NCBI GenBank assembly: GCA_010015585.1
Contig: ML975149.1
DNA length: 64,000 bases
Source of the DNA: Eremomyces bilateralis CBS 781.70
Taxonomy: Eukaryota
Reading direction: 5' to 3' (one strand)
Below, piece by piece: positions 13,356 to 25,899 of this stretch. A model generated the notes under the pieces. That model saw nothing but the letters and a program-made list of their open reading frames with translations. It was not told where the DNA came from and searched no databases. The position numbers and the translations under genes are program-made. The number at the start of each line of letters is the position of its first letter. Position 1 is the stretch's first letter.

Positions 13356-15587
13356 TTATATTTTTGTGCCCACACCAACGACTGTCGGACCGGGCAAGCG
13401 CGCAGTATACCTTGAAACCGTCTCCACAGCACATTCCAGCTCTTTCGTAAAGTCGTCATTCTTTTGTTTCTGCAAGATTCCACGCTTCCTCTTCCCTTTC
13501 CGACTCTGGGCATTAGGAGATATCAAGCCGAGAGGCTGGCGATCGCAGAACTCTGCACGCTCGAAATCCACAAGCATGAGCTTGCCGCTATTTGTATTGT
13601 ATAGGATGTTGCGGGGCTCTGCATCACGGTGAAGAACACCCAATTTGTGCACTGCTTTGAGCATTGCGCTGACGGCGTCGTTGATGTCCGTTTTAATGGC
13701 CTGGACCACACAGTTAAACAGGGGTTGTCCAGCCCAGCTGAGAAACATGAAATGCACGTAAACACCGCAGTCATAGTAGTATGGCCGGACCAAGTCTATA
13801 CGGTCGAGACATACGGGAATGTGTTTTCCCTGGATAGGCCGGAGTCGGTTGTACATCTCGTTCTCGTGCTGTAGGAGGGCAAGATCAAGTCCCTCTACAC
13901 CCTTGGCAACGAGCGTATAGCCGTGGGATGACAGCCGAACCTTGAAGAGTGATCCGCGCGCCCCGGATAGATAGAGTGGTGTGCAATCCGCATCGCAGCC
14001 ACGGTCCGTGGCAAGCTGGTCTCGGATGAGTCGGAGGAACTCGAACCGGCTGATGTGCTCCTGCCCGTGATAGTCTGCGTTAGGGCAGTTCTCGTCCGCA
14101 GGCCCGCCATATGCTAATCCCAGGAGACAACTTTGTGAACAGAATGGCCGGCTTTGTATGTCCGACTTAGTCGCCGGGCCCGACTGCTGCTGCTTGCCTC
14201 GGTGTTGTCCTTGGTTCCCACCACCATGCGAGCTTGTTCCTCTCGACGGCGCCGCTTTCCCACCAGTACGAGAGGGGTTGGGGGTAAGGGAGGGAGGGTC
14301 GTTGTCTTCCTCTGACGGTCCAGCACTAGGGTTTGTCTGCTGGCAGCGAGACTGGATCCGAACTGGCGACTTCTTGAAGCCTTCCCAGCGCTGCGGCTTA
14401 TACGGAGAAGCACGGGGTTCCTTGCGTTTTCGTTCTGTGGGGGGGATATCTTTCAGAATATCATCGTACTCCACAGCCCAAAGACCAAGGGTCTCGGCCT
14501 TGTCTTGCCATGACTGGGACGGTGGACTTGCGCGAAAAGCTTGGAGAGTAAAGGCAAAAACCTGTGCGACGGCTGTTCGATGGAGTCTCGTCTCGTCGCC
14601 GTCCATTACGTCTTGGTCCGGTAAGCATACCGAGTAGTAGACTATTGACGGATCGTCTGGAATGTGGAGGAAGACGCGCGCCTGTCCAGTGCACACGTAA
14701 CCGTACCGGATGCTCTTGCCGATCATATAGGAGAAGAGCTGGGTGATGGCGGCAGCGGTTAGCCGCCTGGCTGTGGAGCCAAAACCTCGGCCATCATTGT
14801 TGATCACATCACGTTCCGGCTGAATTTCTGACTCAAGACCTGTGATGATCTCGTCCACTGTCAGCTTGTGCGGTGCCTTGTATTCAATAGCGAGCGCTGG
14901 GACATTTCGGCCACCCGTAGTCCTGTATATACAAAATTGGTCCGCCCGAATGCTCCTGCCCCTCGCTTTGCGACGAGTCTTGGAAGCCGTCGGTCGCTCC
15001 GGGATAGACGCTGACGCCGCGACACCAGGACTTCCCCCACCAAGAGGCATGTGCTCCATGGGCTGAGATATGGGGTCGTCGGTTGTACCGCGATCCATGT
15101 GCTTCTCGAACGTCACGGACCTTTGGAGGTCAAGGTTTTTTCGCAGCAGCGGATCCATGTTTGCCCGGTCCACTATCTTCTGAACGGCGTTTTCGACGAC
15201 ATCATGCTCGAAGAGATGTAGCCCAATCTCACTGCTAATAGGCTTGAGCAACGACTTCACATAATCCATCTGATGCTGAGATGGAAATGCGGGCATGGAG
15301 AACAAGTCGCCGATCGAAAGGGCGTTCCAGATCTCCTCCTGTCTCGTTGCAAAGTCATCCCAGGGTATAATTTGTCGAGGGAAAATATGGCCGGTCGGAT
15401 AGGTAGTCTCGCTTTGCGTAGTCAGAGATCGGTCAGTTACAGCCTGAATAGCAAGATGGAGTGAATGACAGGTCTCGAGGTATTGTTGAAGGGTCTGCGG
15501 CTGCGATGCAGCGACAAGTTTTTTGGCTGCTTCATATCGGCGTTGATCCTCTAGGACTTTTTGTCGCAGGTCGTCGATATCGTCCAT
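13356..15587 (-). CDS. Spok-like protein (coiled coil + PD-(D/E)XK nuclease + Cys cluster + kinase-like domain); candidate toxin-antidote spore killer
   Basis: Intronless 743 aa. TLQQYLETCH...FPRQIIPWDDF N-domain; nuclease D216/E235-Y-K237 and Q283xxxY287; C483-x3-C487-x13-C501-x5-H507; kinase VAK562, HRD655AEPRN, D674FE. Size, domain order and spacing match Podospora SPOK proteins as recalled from the literature. Confidence 0.85.
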   Translation of the reverse strand: MDDIDDLRQKVLEDQRRYEAAKKLVAASQPQTLQQYLETCHSLHLAIQAVTDRSLTTQSETTYPTGHIFPRQIIPWDDFATRQEEIWNALSIGDLFSMPAFPSQHQMDYVKSLLKPISSEIGLHLFEHDVVENAVQKIVDRANMDPLLRKNLDLQRSVTFEKHMDRGTTDDPISQPMEHMPLGGGSPGVAASASIPERPTASKTRRKARGRSIRADQFCIYRTTGGRNVPALAIEYKAPHKLTVDEIITGLESEIQPERDVINNDGRGFGSTARRLTAAAITQLFSYMIGKSIRYGYVCTGQARVFLHIPDDPSIVYYSVCLPDQDVMDGDETRLHRTAVAQVFAFTLQAFRASPPSQSWQDKAETLGLWAVEYDDILKDIPPTERKRKEPRASPYKPQRWEGFKKSPVRIQSRCQQTNPSAGPSEEDNDPPSLTPNPSRTGGKAAPSRGTSSHGGGNQGQHRGKQQQSGPATKSDIQSRPFCSQSCLLGLAYGGPADENCPNADYHGQEHISRFEFLRLIRDQLATDRGCDADCTPLYLSGARGSLFKVRLSSHGYTLVAKGVEGLDLALLQHENEMYNRLRPIQGKHIPVCLDRIDLVRPYYYDCGVYVHFMFLSWAGQPLFNCVVQAIKTDINDAVSAMLKAVHKLGVLHRDAEPRNILYNTNSGKLMLVDFERAEFCDRQPLGLISPNAQSRKGKRKRGILQKQKNDDFTKELECAVETVSRYTARLPGPTVVGVGTKI

Positions 15588-15952
15588 TGCGATGGTAGCG
15601 TAGGCAAAAGGTCCGTTCGCTCAGAAGACGATACTAGAGGCCAGAGCCTATTTGATCAACCTGAACGCTCCTAGCAGGGACCTGATATGAAGGGAGACTG
15701 CATCTGGATAAGTTAGGTGATCGCCGTTGGTTAATGATGTTGCGTGCAAATACGTTGGCTACGGGTTGTTGGTGGTTGGGAGCGAGAGGGGGGTAGGTCG
15801 CGGCAAGACGATATAATTAAACCCAGGCCGTGTTTGGAACCCCTCGCCCGTGATAGGGAATTTATTGTAATAGTCTTCTGTTGAGCCTTTGGCTCAGGCG
15901 TGGTTGTTTGCCTGGCGGCCTGGGGTATTAAGCTGAAGGCACAAGCAAGCAA

Positions 15953-15984
15953 CACGTGATCACCTGCAGTGTGATCACCTGCAG
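15953..15984. repeat. Tandem duplication of GTGATCACCTGCAG upstream of the Spok-like gene
   Basis: Exact 14-mer at 15956-15969 and 15971-15984, overlapping CACGTG at 15953-15958. Confidence 0.75.
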
Positions 15985-16288
15985 CGTGTAGCAAACTGCA
16001 TGGCCTATACGATGCCTCTGGGTATATTAGCAGACTTCCTTTGGAGAGGAGAGGGCTTTTCTTCTTCTCTTTCTTTAACTGAATTCATAACGTTAACTAT
16101 TTACTATGGTATCGAATCCATTTGACTCGAACCCTCACATTTACTGCGAAATTATGTCGTATGTTGGGAAGTTTTGAGAGGGTTGAAAACGGAAAGAATC
16201 AAAGAAACGCTAAACCCGAACCGGAACGCTAATCCCAATACGGCAGTCACAGGTCCTCAGATTACAGGATCCATTTCAAATGTCAACG

Positions 16289-16456
16289 ACGCGAGCGAGG
16301 AGGAGCGTGTGTAAAATGTGAATGTAATTAGGGTGCGGACTGCGGAGAGTCGGAGGCGGCAGAGACGAGAGTGGTGATTAGCTGATGTAAGCTCCAGGGA
16401 TTGCGTCACGTGTTACTCGTTCATCGCGTCGAAGTGGGGACGCGGAACGACGCGAA
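16289..16456. promoter_or_regulatory. SLD3 promoter: MCB/SCB-like ACGCG cluster plus GTCACGTG (Cbf1-type E-box)
   Basis: ACGCG cores at 16289, 16425 (reverse), 16440 and 16450 (ACGCGAA); GTCACGTG at 16405-16412. Confidence 0.55.
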
Positions 16457-16604
16457 GACGGTACGTAGCAGTGGGTGGAGCTTGAATATTACACTACAAC
16501 TTTATACAAAGTACCATTGCTACTACGGACTGCAATTCTGAACGCCTATATTCCTATGGATATGCGGAAGGATATTGCGTTTGATCATCCGTAGTTCTAT
16601 TAAT

Positions 16605-19399
16605 ATGTCCAGCATCTTTCATGAGCCTACGAACCGCCCTCATGAGCCTGAATCACCGCTCCGATCAAGCATCGGACTGGAACTGGAGCAGTCAATTTCG
16701 CGGAAAAGGAAAAGAGGGAAACATGTTCCCGAGCAGGCCTGCAATGGACCTATCATAATCCGCGTAAGGTGTCCGTCCTATGGGCGAAGGCTTCGCTAAC
16801 AATGCTCAAGTCTCATCCGACCTCAATATATGAGAGCCCCTTCATCCTTACACCTATCCGGACAATACCACGCGTAAACATACCACTCTGCTTCCTCGAT
16901 GCCGGCAACTCATCTGGCCCACCAGCTATTCCGGTCTGCGACCTCTTTTCAGCGAATATCCCGGTCCTCGAAGATGAAGAACAGGATACGGGTGGTCCGT
17001 TATTATCCAAGATCCTCATCGCACAGCTACAGGCCGGCCAAAGCAAGCCGTTTTATGCCGTAGAAAGGGTGAAGAACCGCATATATGCATTGCGGAAGCT
17101 GGCAATATGGGTCACAACGAAGGACCTGGCCGAGATCTCAGGCGCACCCGAAGGGGATACTCAAGGCTTTCATAAGATGGTGAGACCTGACGAGAAGGAG
17201 AATTGGTGGAGCGGTGCAATGCTACACAAGAAATGCCATCTAAAGGGCAAGGAACCTGAGAAACCCCGTGTCCCTCTTTTCGACATGTCAGTGCCGCCTC
17301 CCAAGCAAAACATTCCCACACCAGATATAGAGCAACCGCCATATGGAGAACCATCGACTGAAGATACTGGCATAAACCATTTCGAACCCGAACGCCCACT
17401 AGCCTCCGCTGAAGATGTGTTCGGAAATTTGGTCGTCGAATACCTCAAGATACTCTACACCTCCCGAACATCACTCGCATACTTCGCGAAAGGACCGCTC
17501 TCGCGCGCACGAAATCATTTCAGCGGCTCCGAGAACGGCGCGGTGCGAATCTCTGAACTTTCAGATCATCTGAAGACCATGGTGCTTTCAGCATCTCAAA
17601 TGGACACAAAGTACAAGGAGAAGATTCCTGAGACCGTGAGACCAATTCCGATTGTTCCGATGTCGGACGATGAATCTCCCCAAAAGAAGAAACCGAAGAA
17701 GCCGGGCATAAGGAAGTTGAAACTTAAAAGGGACGGCCTTTACGGTGTTGAAGAGGAGTACATCAAGCAGTGGTGGAGAAACCCTGGCGAGACGGTCAGA
17801 GTCGCACACGATGATACTCTAGAGCAGATCATCCGGCGGCTGGCATCGGCACTAAGGATTCGAGAGACCCTTGCGCAGATCGTAATCATCCTGGAGATTC
17901 TCGCCATCGAACAATCTCCGCAATACAAATCCGAAGTTGCTACCAGAGACGATGCTGAAAGCCAAATTGGGGACCTAGAAGCAGGGATGCCTAAGAAATC
18001 AAAGAGGAAGAAAAAGGCCCAAAATCTCGAGCTTGTAGTCGACCTCCTGGTAGACAAGCTCTGCATCTGGCAATCGATGGATGAAGGAATCCCGGCCGTA
18101 ACACCGGACGCGAAACATGGTACCTCGGATCAGCCTGAAAACCGGGATAGGCCTCGAAGCTTCTGTATCGAAGTCATCGTCCCTTTCTACATGGCTCGCA
18201 TCCCACAACTTGCATCCTCAATCAGCAAAAAGCTTGGCGGCCCATCGGCACCCTCGCCCCTGAGACCGAAACCTGCGAAGGCCATCAGCTCGTCGAAGGG
18301 AGAGCATCCAAAGGTGCCCTTACCTGATAAAAAGTCGGCCAGACGACCCTTGCAGCGGATTGCTACAGAGACCAACTCATCTGCCACACCTCGACAACAC
18401 CCCAAGCTGGCGCGATCGTCAACCGACTCTCTCCTCCCCATCAAGCGTGAAGTCTCCGAGCAACCCGCTTCCCTGTCCGCCATCCCTTTCGCCGTGAGCG
18501 ATACCAATCACCCATCGAAGCGAGCCGCTTCTCGCGGCTCCATGTCGCAATTCTCCAAGTTCAAGCAACGGGAGGTCAACCTCAACGCTTTCAGTTCCGC
18601 CACGTCTGCTAAAGTTGCACGGAAGAAACAAGCCGAGAGCCAGCTGCTGCGCGAAGCTATTGGCCAAATTCGCAAGCCGGATCGCGCAAAGGCAGGCCAA
18701 GAGTACCTGGATGGAGTCGAGCAACAACGTTCCACTACCACCAAAGCTCGAAAACCCGTACCCGGGGCCAGCAAAGGAAAGGGTACGCAGCTGAGTAGAA
18801 AAGATATGCCGCAACCGGGCCGTCTCGCGGTTGAGGATGGAATTCAAGTCTCAGCTACCCCCCGCCGGAACCATTCGAACGTGGTCTTCGCGCAGTCGGG
18901 GGACGTTCCATATCCAATCAGTCCGATCCTTCAGCGAAAGGCTCTTACATCGGGCAGCCAGCAGACCTTTGGTGTCGCGGCGACCCCTTCTCTGATCCCG
19001 TCATCTGGTCCGAGGCTAGGGCACCGGGATGTTCTGGCAGTTCCGTCCTCGGCCAGGAGCGCGATCGCTGAGACACCATCCCGTAGAGGGGACAAGGTCC
19101 TCTCTTTCCCTGGGTTGCTTCAGGATGGGGATGGGGATGGTATAGCGGTCTTGTCAACACCGTTGAAATTGACGGATGCAACGGTGCTGGTGACGCCTGT
19201 CAAAGCACCAGTTGCCGTGACCCCCCAAAGAAAAGGTGGTCTTTCGTTCCTGAAGCCGGTGGACAATGCTGCGTCCGCCAAGACACCACGGATCAGGGAG
19301 AAGGTCGATAGCGGGATCACGATGTCGGATGACGAGGAAGAGGTGACTGGAAGGTCTCTGTATGAGAGACTCGGATGGGACGAGGTCGATCTGATTTAA
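16605..19399 (+). CDS. SLD3: DNA replication regulator Sld3
   Basis: ATG 16605, intron 16764-16810. Motifs LYTSRTSLAYFAKGPLSRAR, LRIRETLAQIVIILEILAIE, DLLVDKLCIWQ, FCIEVIVPFYMARIP; SP/TP-rich C-terminus ending LYERLGWD. Confidence 0.88.
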
Positions 19400-19939
19400 G
19401 CATGTATATGATGGATGGATAGTTGGGCAAACCCAACTGGACATAGACAGTTGCATTGGTGCATCCTGGTTTTACCAAGGGCTAAGTCGATCCGATGACG
19501 TTACGAACGAACGAAACTGTTATGAAGAAAGTCTGATAATGAAGTCTAGCCAACACTTCATTCACACACGTTATGGAACACTGAATAAATCTTGGTTTCA
19601 TTTTTGGTCTTCTGACCTTGTTGAGTCTCCTAGCATTACGTTGTTAAATACCAGCGCCTCTGCATTCGCTTGGATGAGAATGCACTTTTTGAACGGGTGC
19701 CCGAGCCCTTGTAACGCCAAACATCCATATGCCATGCGGGAGGTAGGCCCAAATTCCAAACCGTGGGTCTTGTTGAAGACTGGATCCACATGATGCCCGC
19801 TGAATGCGCCTCTAGCTATGCCGTTGAAGACAGTTTGCTTGAACCCGATGTGTGTTAAATGCATCGTCGTCCCACCGTCGTCCCGCCGTCATCACACATG
19901 TTGAATCTCAATGAAAGATATAGGCGATTGATCGCGAAA

Positions 19940-21460
<1,521 letters not shown>

Positions 21461-24400
21461 TTTGGCGGATTGAATATGGATGGAGCTGTGTAGTGGAAGA
21501 TTCTTGAGGGTAGAAGGAAGATGAAGGGGTGAAGTGTAGGTGGTAAGTTAAGTAAGAGGGCAGATTGGGAGGTCAGGTGTAATAAAATGGGGGGCGGATG
21601 CGGGATGAAGGATGAATTTTTATCGTTAAGACGCCAGTGGAACCACAGGGTCAAATGGCGGTACACGTACAACGAGGGGTACGCCAAGCCCGCTGTTGTA
21701 TCATGATCATAAGAAATCCCATCCCATCTCCTCCGTCCTCCAAATAAACTCCTACTATGGGAATTGTCCCCCATCCGCAGCTTTTCGGGGGTTGTCACCG
21801 GTTTTTCCGCATCTCTCAACCGAGATCGTGATCCGATGATCGGGGTATCTATGAAGCCTCCCGTAAAACGGACCATAATTCGTTGCCCGAGAAATCCTCT
21901 CCAATTCATCCCTGCTCCCTGCTCCCATTTCAAGCTTGGACCCTTCCCTTAGAAGTCAAGGGACTCGATCGTTATCGATGCCTGGACTTTGCCATTCATT
22001 TCAAGCTTCCAGTGTCTTCTCTCGACTTGCAGTGGCCGAACCTGGGTGTTCCTGCTTGCATTATCCTCGACTCCTTGTTGGTCTCATTAAAGAATAAAAC
22101 CCGACACACAACCATGGCACTTCGAAGTGTTGGAACCCATGATGTTCGCTCTTCACCTGTGCAAGCATGGTGGATCGATGACGATATTCGAACCAAGCAC
22201 CGTGACATGAAGCAAGACAAGCTCATCCTGCTGGCGCAGTTAGCAGAAATCTTCCACAGCAGGGTTAGGGGAGACGTATAAAAGAAAAATAAAAGGTGGC
22301 CACCACGCCGGTCCCCCCGTCATCCCCTCCAACCATCCACTCTCAGGACTAAACCATCCCGAATCTCATTTCCCAGGTTCTGCACTGAGGCATGCATACT
22401 CTCCGCCGTCAAGCGCCAGTGCAACAGACTCAACTCAGGACTAATGGAACGCCGACAACTAGCAAGCAATGCGGGTAGGGCGAGCAGAGCGCATCACGAC
22501 GACACAGACAAGCCTAAACTTTGAGCCATCGCTGTTGCGAGGTCCCGTGCCGTCCATGATGTTGGCCGACGCCTCAAACCTCCATTTTGCAGACCGCGTC
22601 CTTGTTCGAGCCGGAGGATGCTGTCGAGAAGCTAAAGCGGAGAGTCGCAGGCCTCCATAGATGTTGCATTGTCCCAGAATCCGAGATCGAAGAGTGGAGT
22701 AGGTCAAGAGCGTGGACGAGCCAAAGCGGACTTGAGAAGAACACACCCGCTTGTTGGAAGACGCTCTCAACTCAAAAGATCGGCCAGCTGACTTCATTTC
22801 ATCGGTAGACCCCTCCATTGCCCCAGCAGCGCGCCCTTCCACACCGTCTCATATCGAATCCCAAACCCTGCAGCGCTAGAGGGTTGCATCGCAAGATACT
22901 GCTCTTGAAAACACGGCCTATCTCTCAGGGACAGTTTTTGATTCCTCCCCAGGGAGCAATTCCTTGGTAGGGCATTGAGAAACGGACAAGTAACATCGTC
23001 AAAAAACCGCTTCCTTCTCTCGGGGCATATCTGTACCCGGAGAGGTACATCAACATGTAAAGCGTTGGATTCTTTACCGGTTGAGATTCGTGTCGGTGGT
23101 CGTACAATAGACCCGAAGGTCAGACGATTAACGCGGTAGGTCTCTTGTAATCATGTCATAGACAGAGGATAGCATCTTGAAATGCGCCCACATCTCTCTT
23201 GGAGATAATACGTGGTGCTGTGATCACCGGGGTAATGGGACTGAAACCAAGAAGCCTCAAAGAAGTTCTGGTTTGCAGGCGAAGCGGTCAGGGCTACGTC
23301 GGCATTTTCAGCCTCAAAGCAGCCCAACATGCGCTACTACTGAGCGCGGGCAGTGTTGCACACAGACAGACCCCAATGTTTCCGACACGAGAAGACACAC
23401 TGTTTTTCCGCATGCCGTCTTCCGCCTAAGTTCAGCAGCGCGATCAACTGCCGCATACCCGCTAGCTACAATGGAGAATGGCGGAACAGTGGGACTGAGA
23501 GGGTAGAACCGGGCGTGACATCTAATGAAGATGTGCCAATCTACCCTCCCACCCATTCCCAACCAAGTCCAGAGGCATAGCGAGCATGTGGCGTCAAGAA
23601 GACGCGGACACAGAGATGGTACGCTTAGAACTTTGAAGCAATACTTAGAGCGGAAAGAAGGCGTTGCCAGTCATGCCGCTCTTTGTCGGACAGTCTGAGG
23701 AAAGCCGAACAACCAACCCGTGAAGAATCATCGCGCCCTCGACGACCGCATTCGCAAACATCCCATTCCCGATAAATTCCACAGCATTGAGGCAAATTCA
23801 GAAGACCACAGCCATATTGTCCGTTGGTGTCTCGACTGGACCTCGTATCAGAGGACCCAATGAACGACGCCTTTTAATGACCGAAGTCCCGGACAGCAAG
23901 ACCGCATCCGGTAAACAAGGATCGACCAAAAAGGGATGCAAGTTCTCCGTCAGCAGTCAAGAGGCCGAACCAAATGTGTGTTGTATGGTATCCGCGAAGC
24001 AGCCGAGTAGTTGGGTTGTAGGGTTAAGTGTCGAACTCCGTACGCCTCAATTGAACTTCATTACAGCAAATCGACTTTCGACGACTACTGGCAGGCCAAG
24101 TTGAGAGGAAAGCAAAACCCAGAGGCATTGGATGCGTGGTGTAGTGGACCCGAGCTCGAACAAGCCCGGTTCGCCTGAGCGGTCCAGACCGAAGTCCTAG
24201 GAATCTCCCCAAGGCCAAGTCCGAAGACCGGGCGTTCGGAGTACGGAATTCGGCTACGAGGAGAGAACTTCGTAGGTCGTTGTTTTCGAAGAAGGGCAAG
24301 GGCATTTAGGGAACATCCAGGCCAACTCAGGGCAGTGGAACGGGGGAAGATGATGTCAGGTGTTTCGGGGCTGCCGTCAGAAGTCAACATCCTGAGAGTC

Positions 24401-25899
24401 TCGGAGATTGAAGGCATTGGGTGCCGGATGATCATAAAGAGGGAAGATTTCAAATTCCAACAATTGGTAGCGCAGTGACGAGTGAAGAAGAAAGATTGAA
24501 GCAAATCCAAAGCTGAGAATGAACATTTAAACATTTGAAGCTCGAGATTCCACGCGTGGCTGGGAATGGCACGTGTACTGGTGCAAGGAATCAATTCCTG
24601 ATGAGGCTAGCGTGGGTCGCGTGTTCACGTGATTGGTGCAGTTGGAGATTCTTCTCCTGCTGTTGAATTCTCGCTTTGCTTGATGTACACTATGACCCGC
24701 CAATTGGCCGAATTTCGGGTTATAGACAGTATTACCCTTTGTCCAATGATGCTATTAATTTCATGGCTATCCGCAATGATTCAATGTCTATCGTTGGACA
24801 ATCAAATGTGTCGAGTGTTACTGTCAAGCCTCGTTGGATGCCACAAGCTACAAACCGGTATGAAATATTCCCCAACCCAAGACACGGAGTCACAGATCCT
24901 ACCATGGCATGAAAGGATTGAAATACAGCTACCTTTGGGGTGTCTGTTCTGCTCCATAGATCGAGGGAATGCATGGGGATCTTGCTCTTGTCCTGGGCTT
25001 CTGGGCTCAGGCAAGCTGTCCTGGACTTTCCCCAAGCACCATTATCGACTGAAGCCCCGCGCTGACCACGCAGTGTTTTCCTTATCAGCGCTCAGCTTCT
25101 CCATAGCCCAAGACAAGCGAGCTCTCACAAGCACGCAATGCAGATCAGTAGAATCACACTGCCAGGAAAGTATTCTCTTTCCCCTCATTTATTTCAATTT
25201 CCCAATTTACAGCCGGCGTATCGAGTCTTTGTTACCAGTATGAGTCCACTCGGTTGATCAAGTCCTACATGTCCAAACTGGAGATGTCTTCCTGTCAAAT
25301 GCGGCCTCGGGTTTCCACGACTTCCGGGCAGGAAGATCGGCGTGCTGCCATCCGCAGACCTGGAGAGGTTGACGGGAACGAGGACTAATGCAGACCCCTC
25401 CCCGCCACCCCTCCCACCATCAGAAAGCTACCGAACTTCGCATCTAACCCCAGTTACCCCTCCCTCGTTGTCTTGACCTTGACCCATATTCCGCACTTAC
25501 CCAGCTACCCATGGAGGTCCATCTTACGCCCTCACCGTCTGGCTGCATCCAGGTCCATATCGGTTCTGCACCAGAGGGTGCCAATGTCGTATTGACCTCT
25601 CGGCCAACGGCTTGTCATAGGCGTCATCGCTCGATCACAACATTCCCAGCCCGCATGGTGGGGGGGGACATGTGTTCCTGCTCCAGAGCTGACCAGCTCA
25701 TCTTTAAAGGCATGCAACCTCGCATGGCAGGCACGATGAAGGTTGCATACAATTTGTACCTCCAGCCTTTCTGGCCACTGTTGATTTTGCTGGTCTTGAA
25801 CTCATAGCGTTGAGCGCTGTCCTCCATATTGCTATCGAACTCTTGAAATCATAATCCTAGTCGTCAAACTGCCCCATATCTAAATCTCAGTGCGCCGAA

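Noticed and set aside
16110..16200. B-box-like GGTTCGAGTC on the minus strand
   Set aside because: No A-box or cloverleaf could be built, so it is not called a tRNA or SINE.
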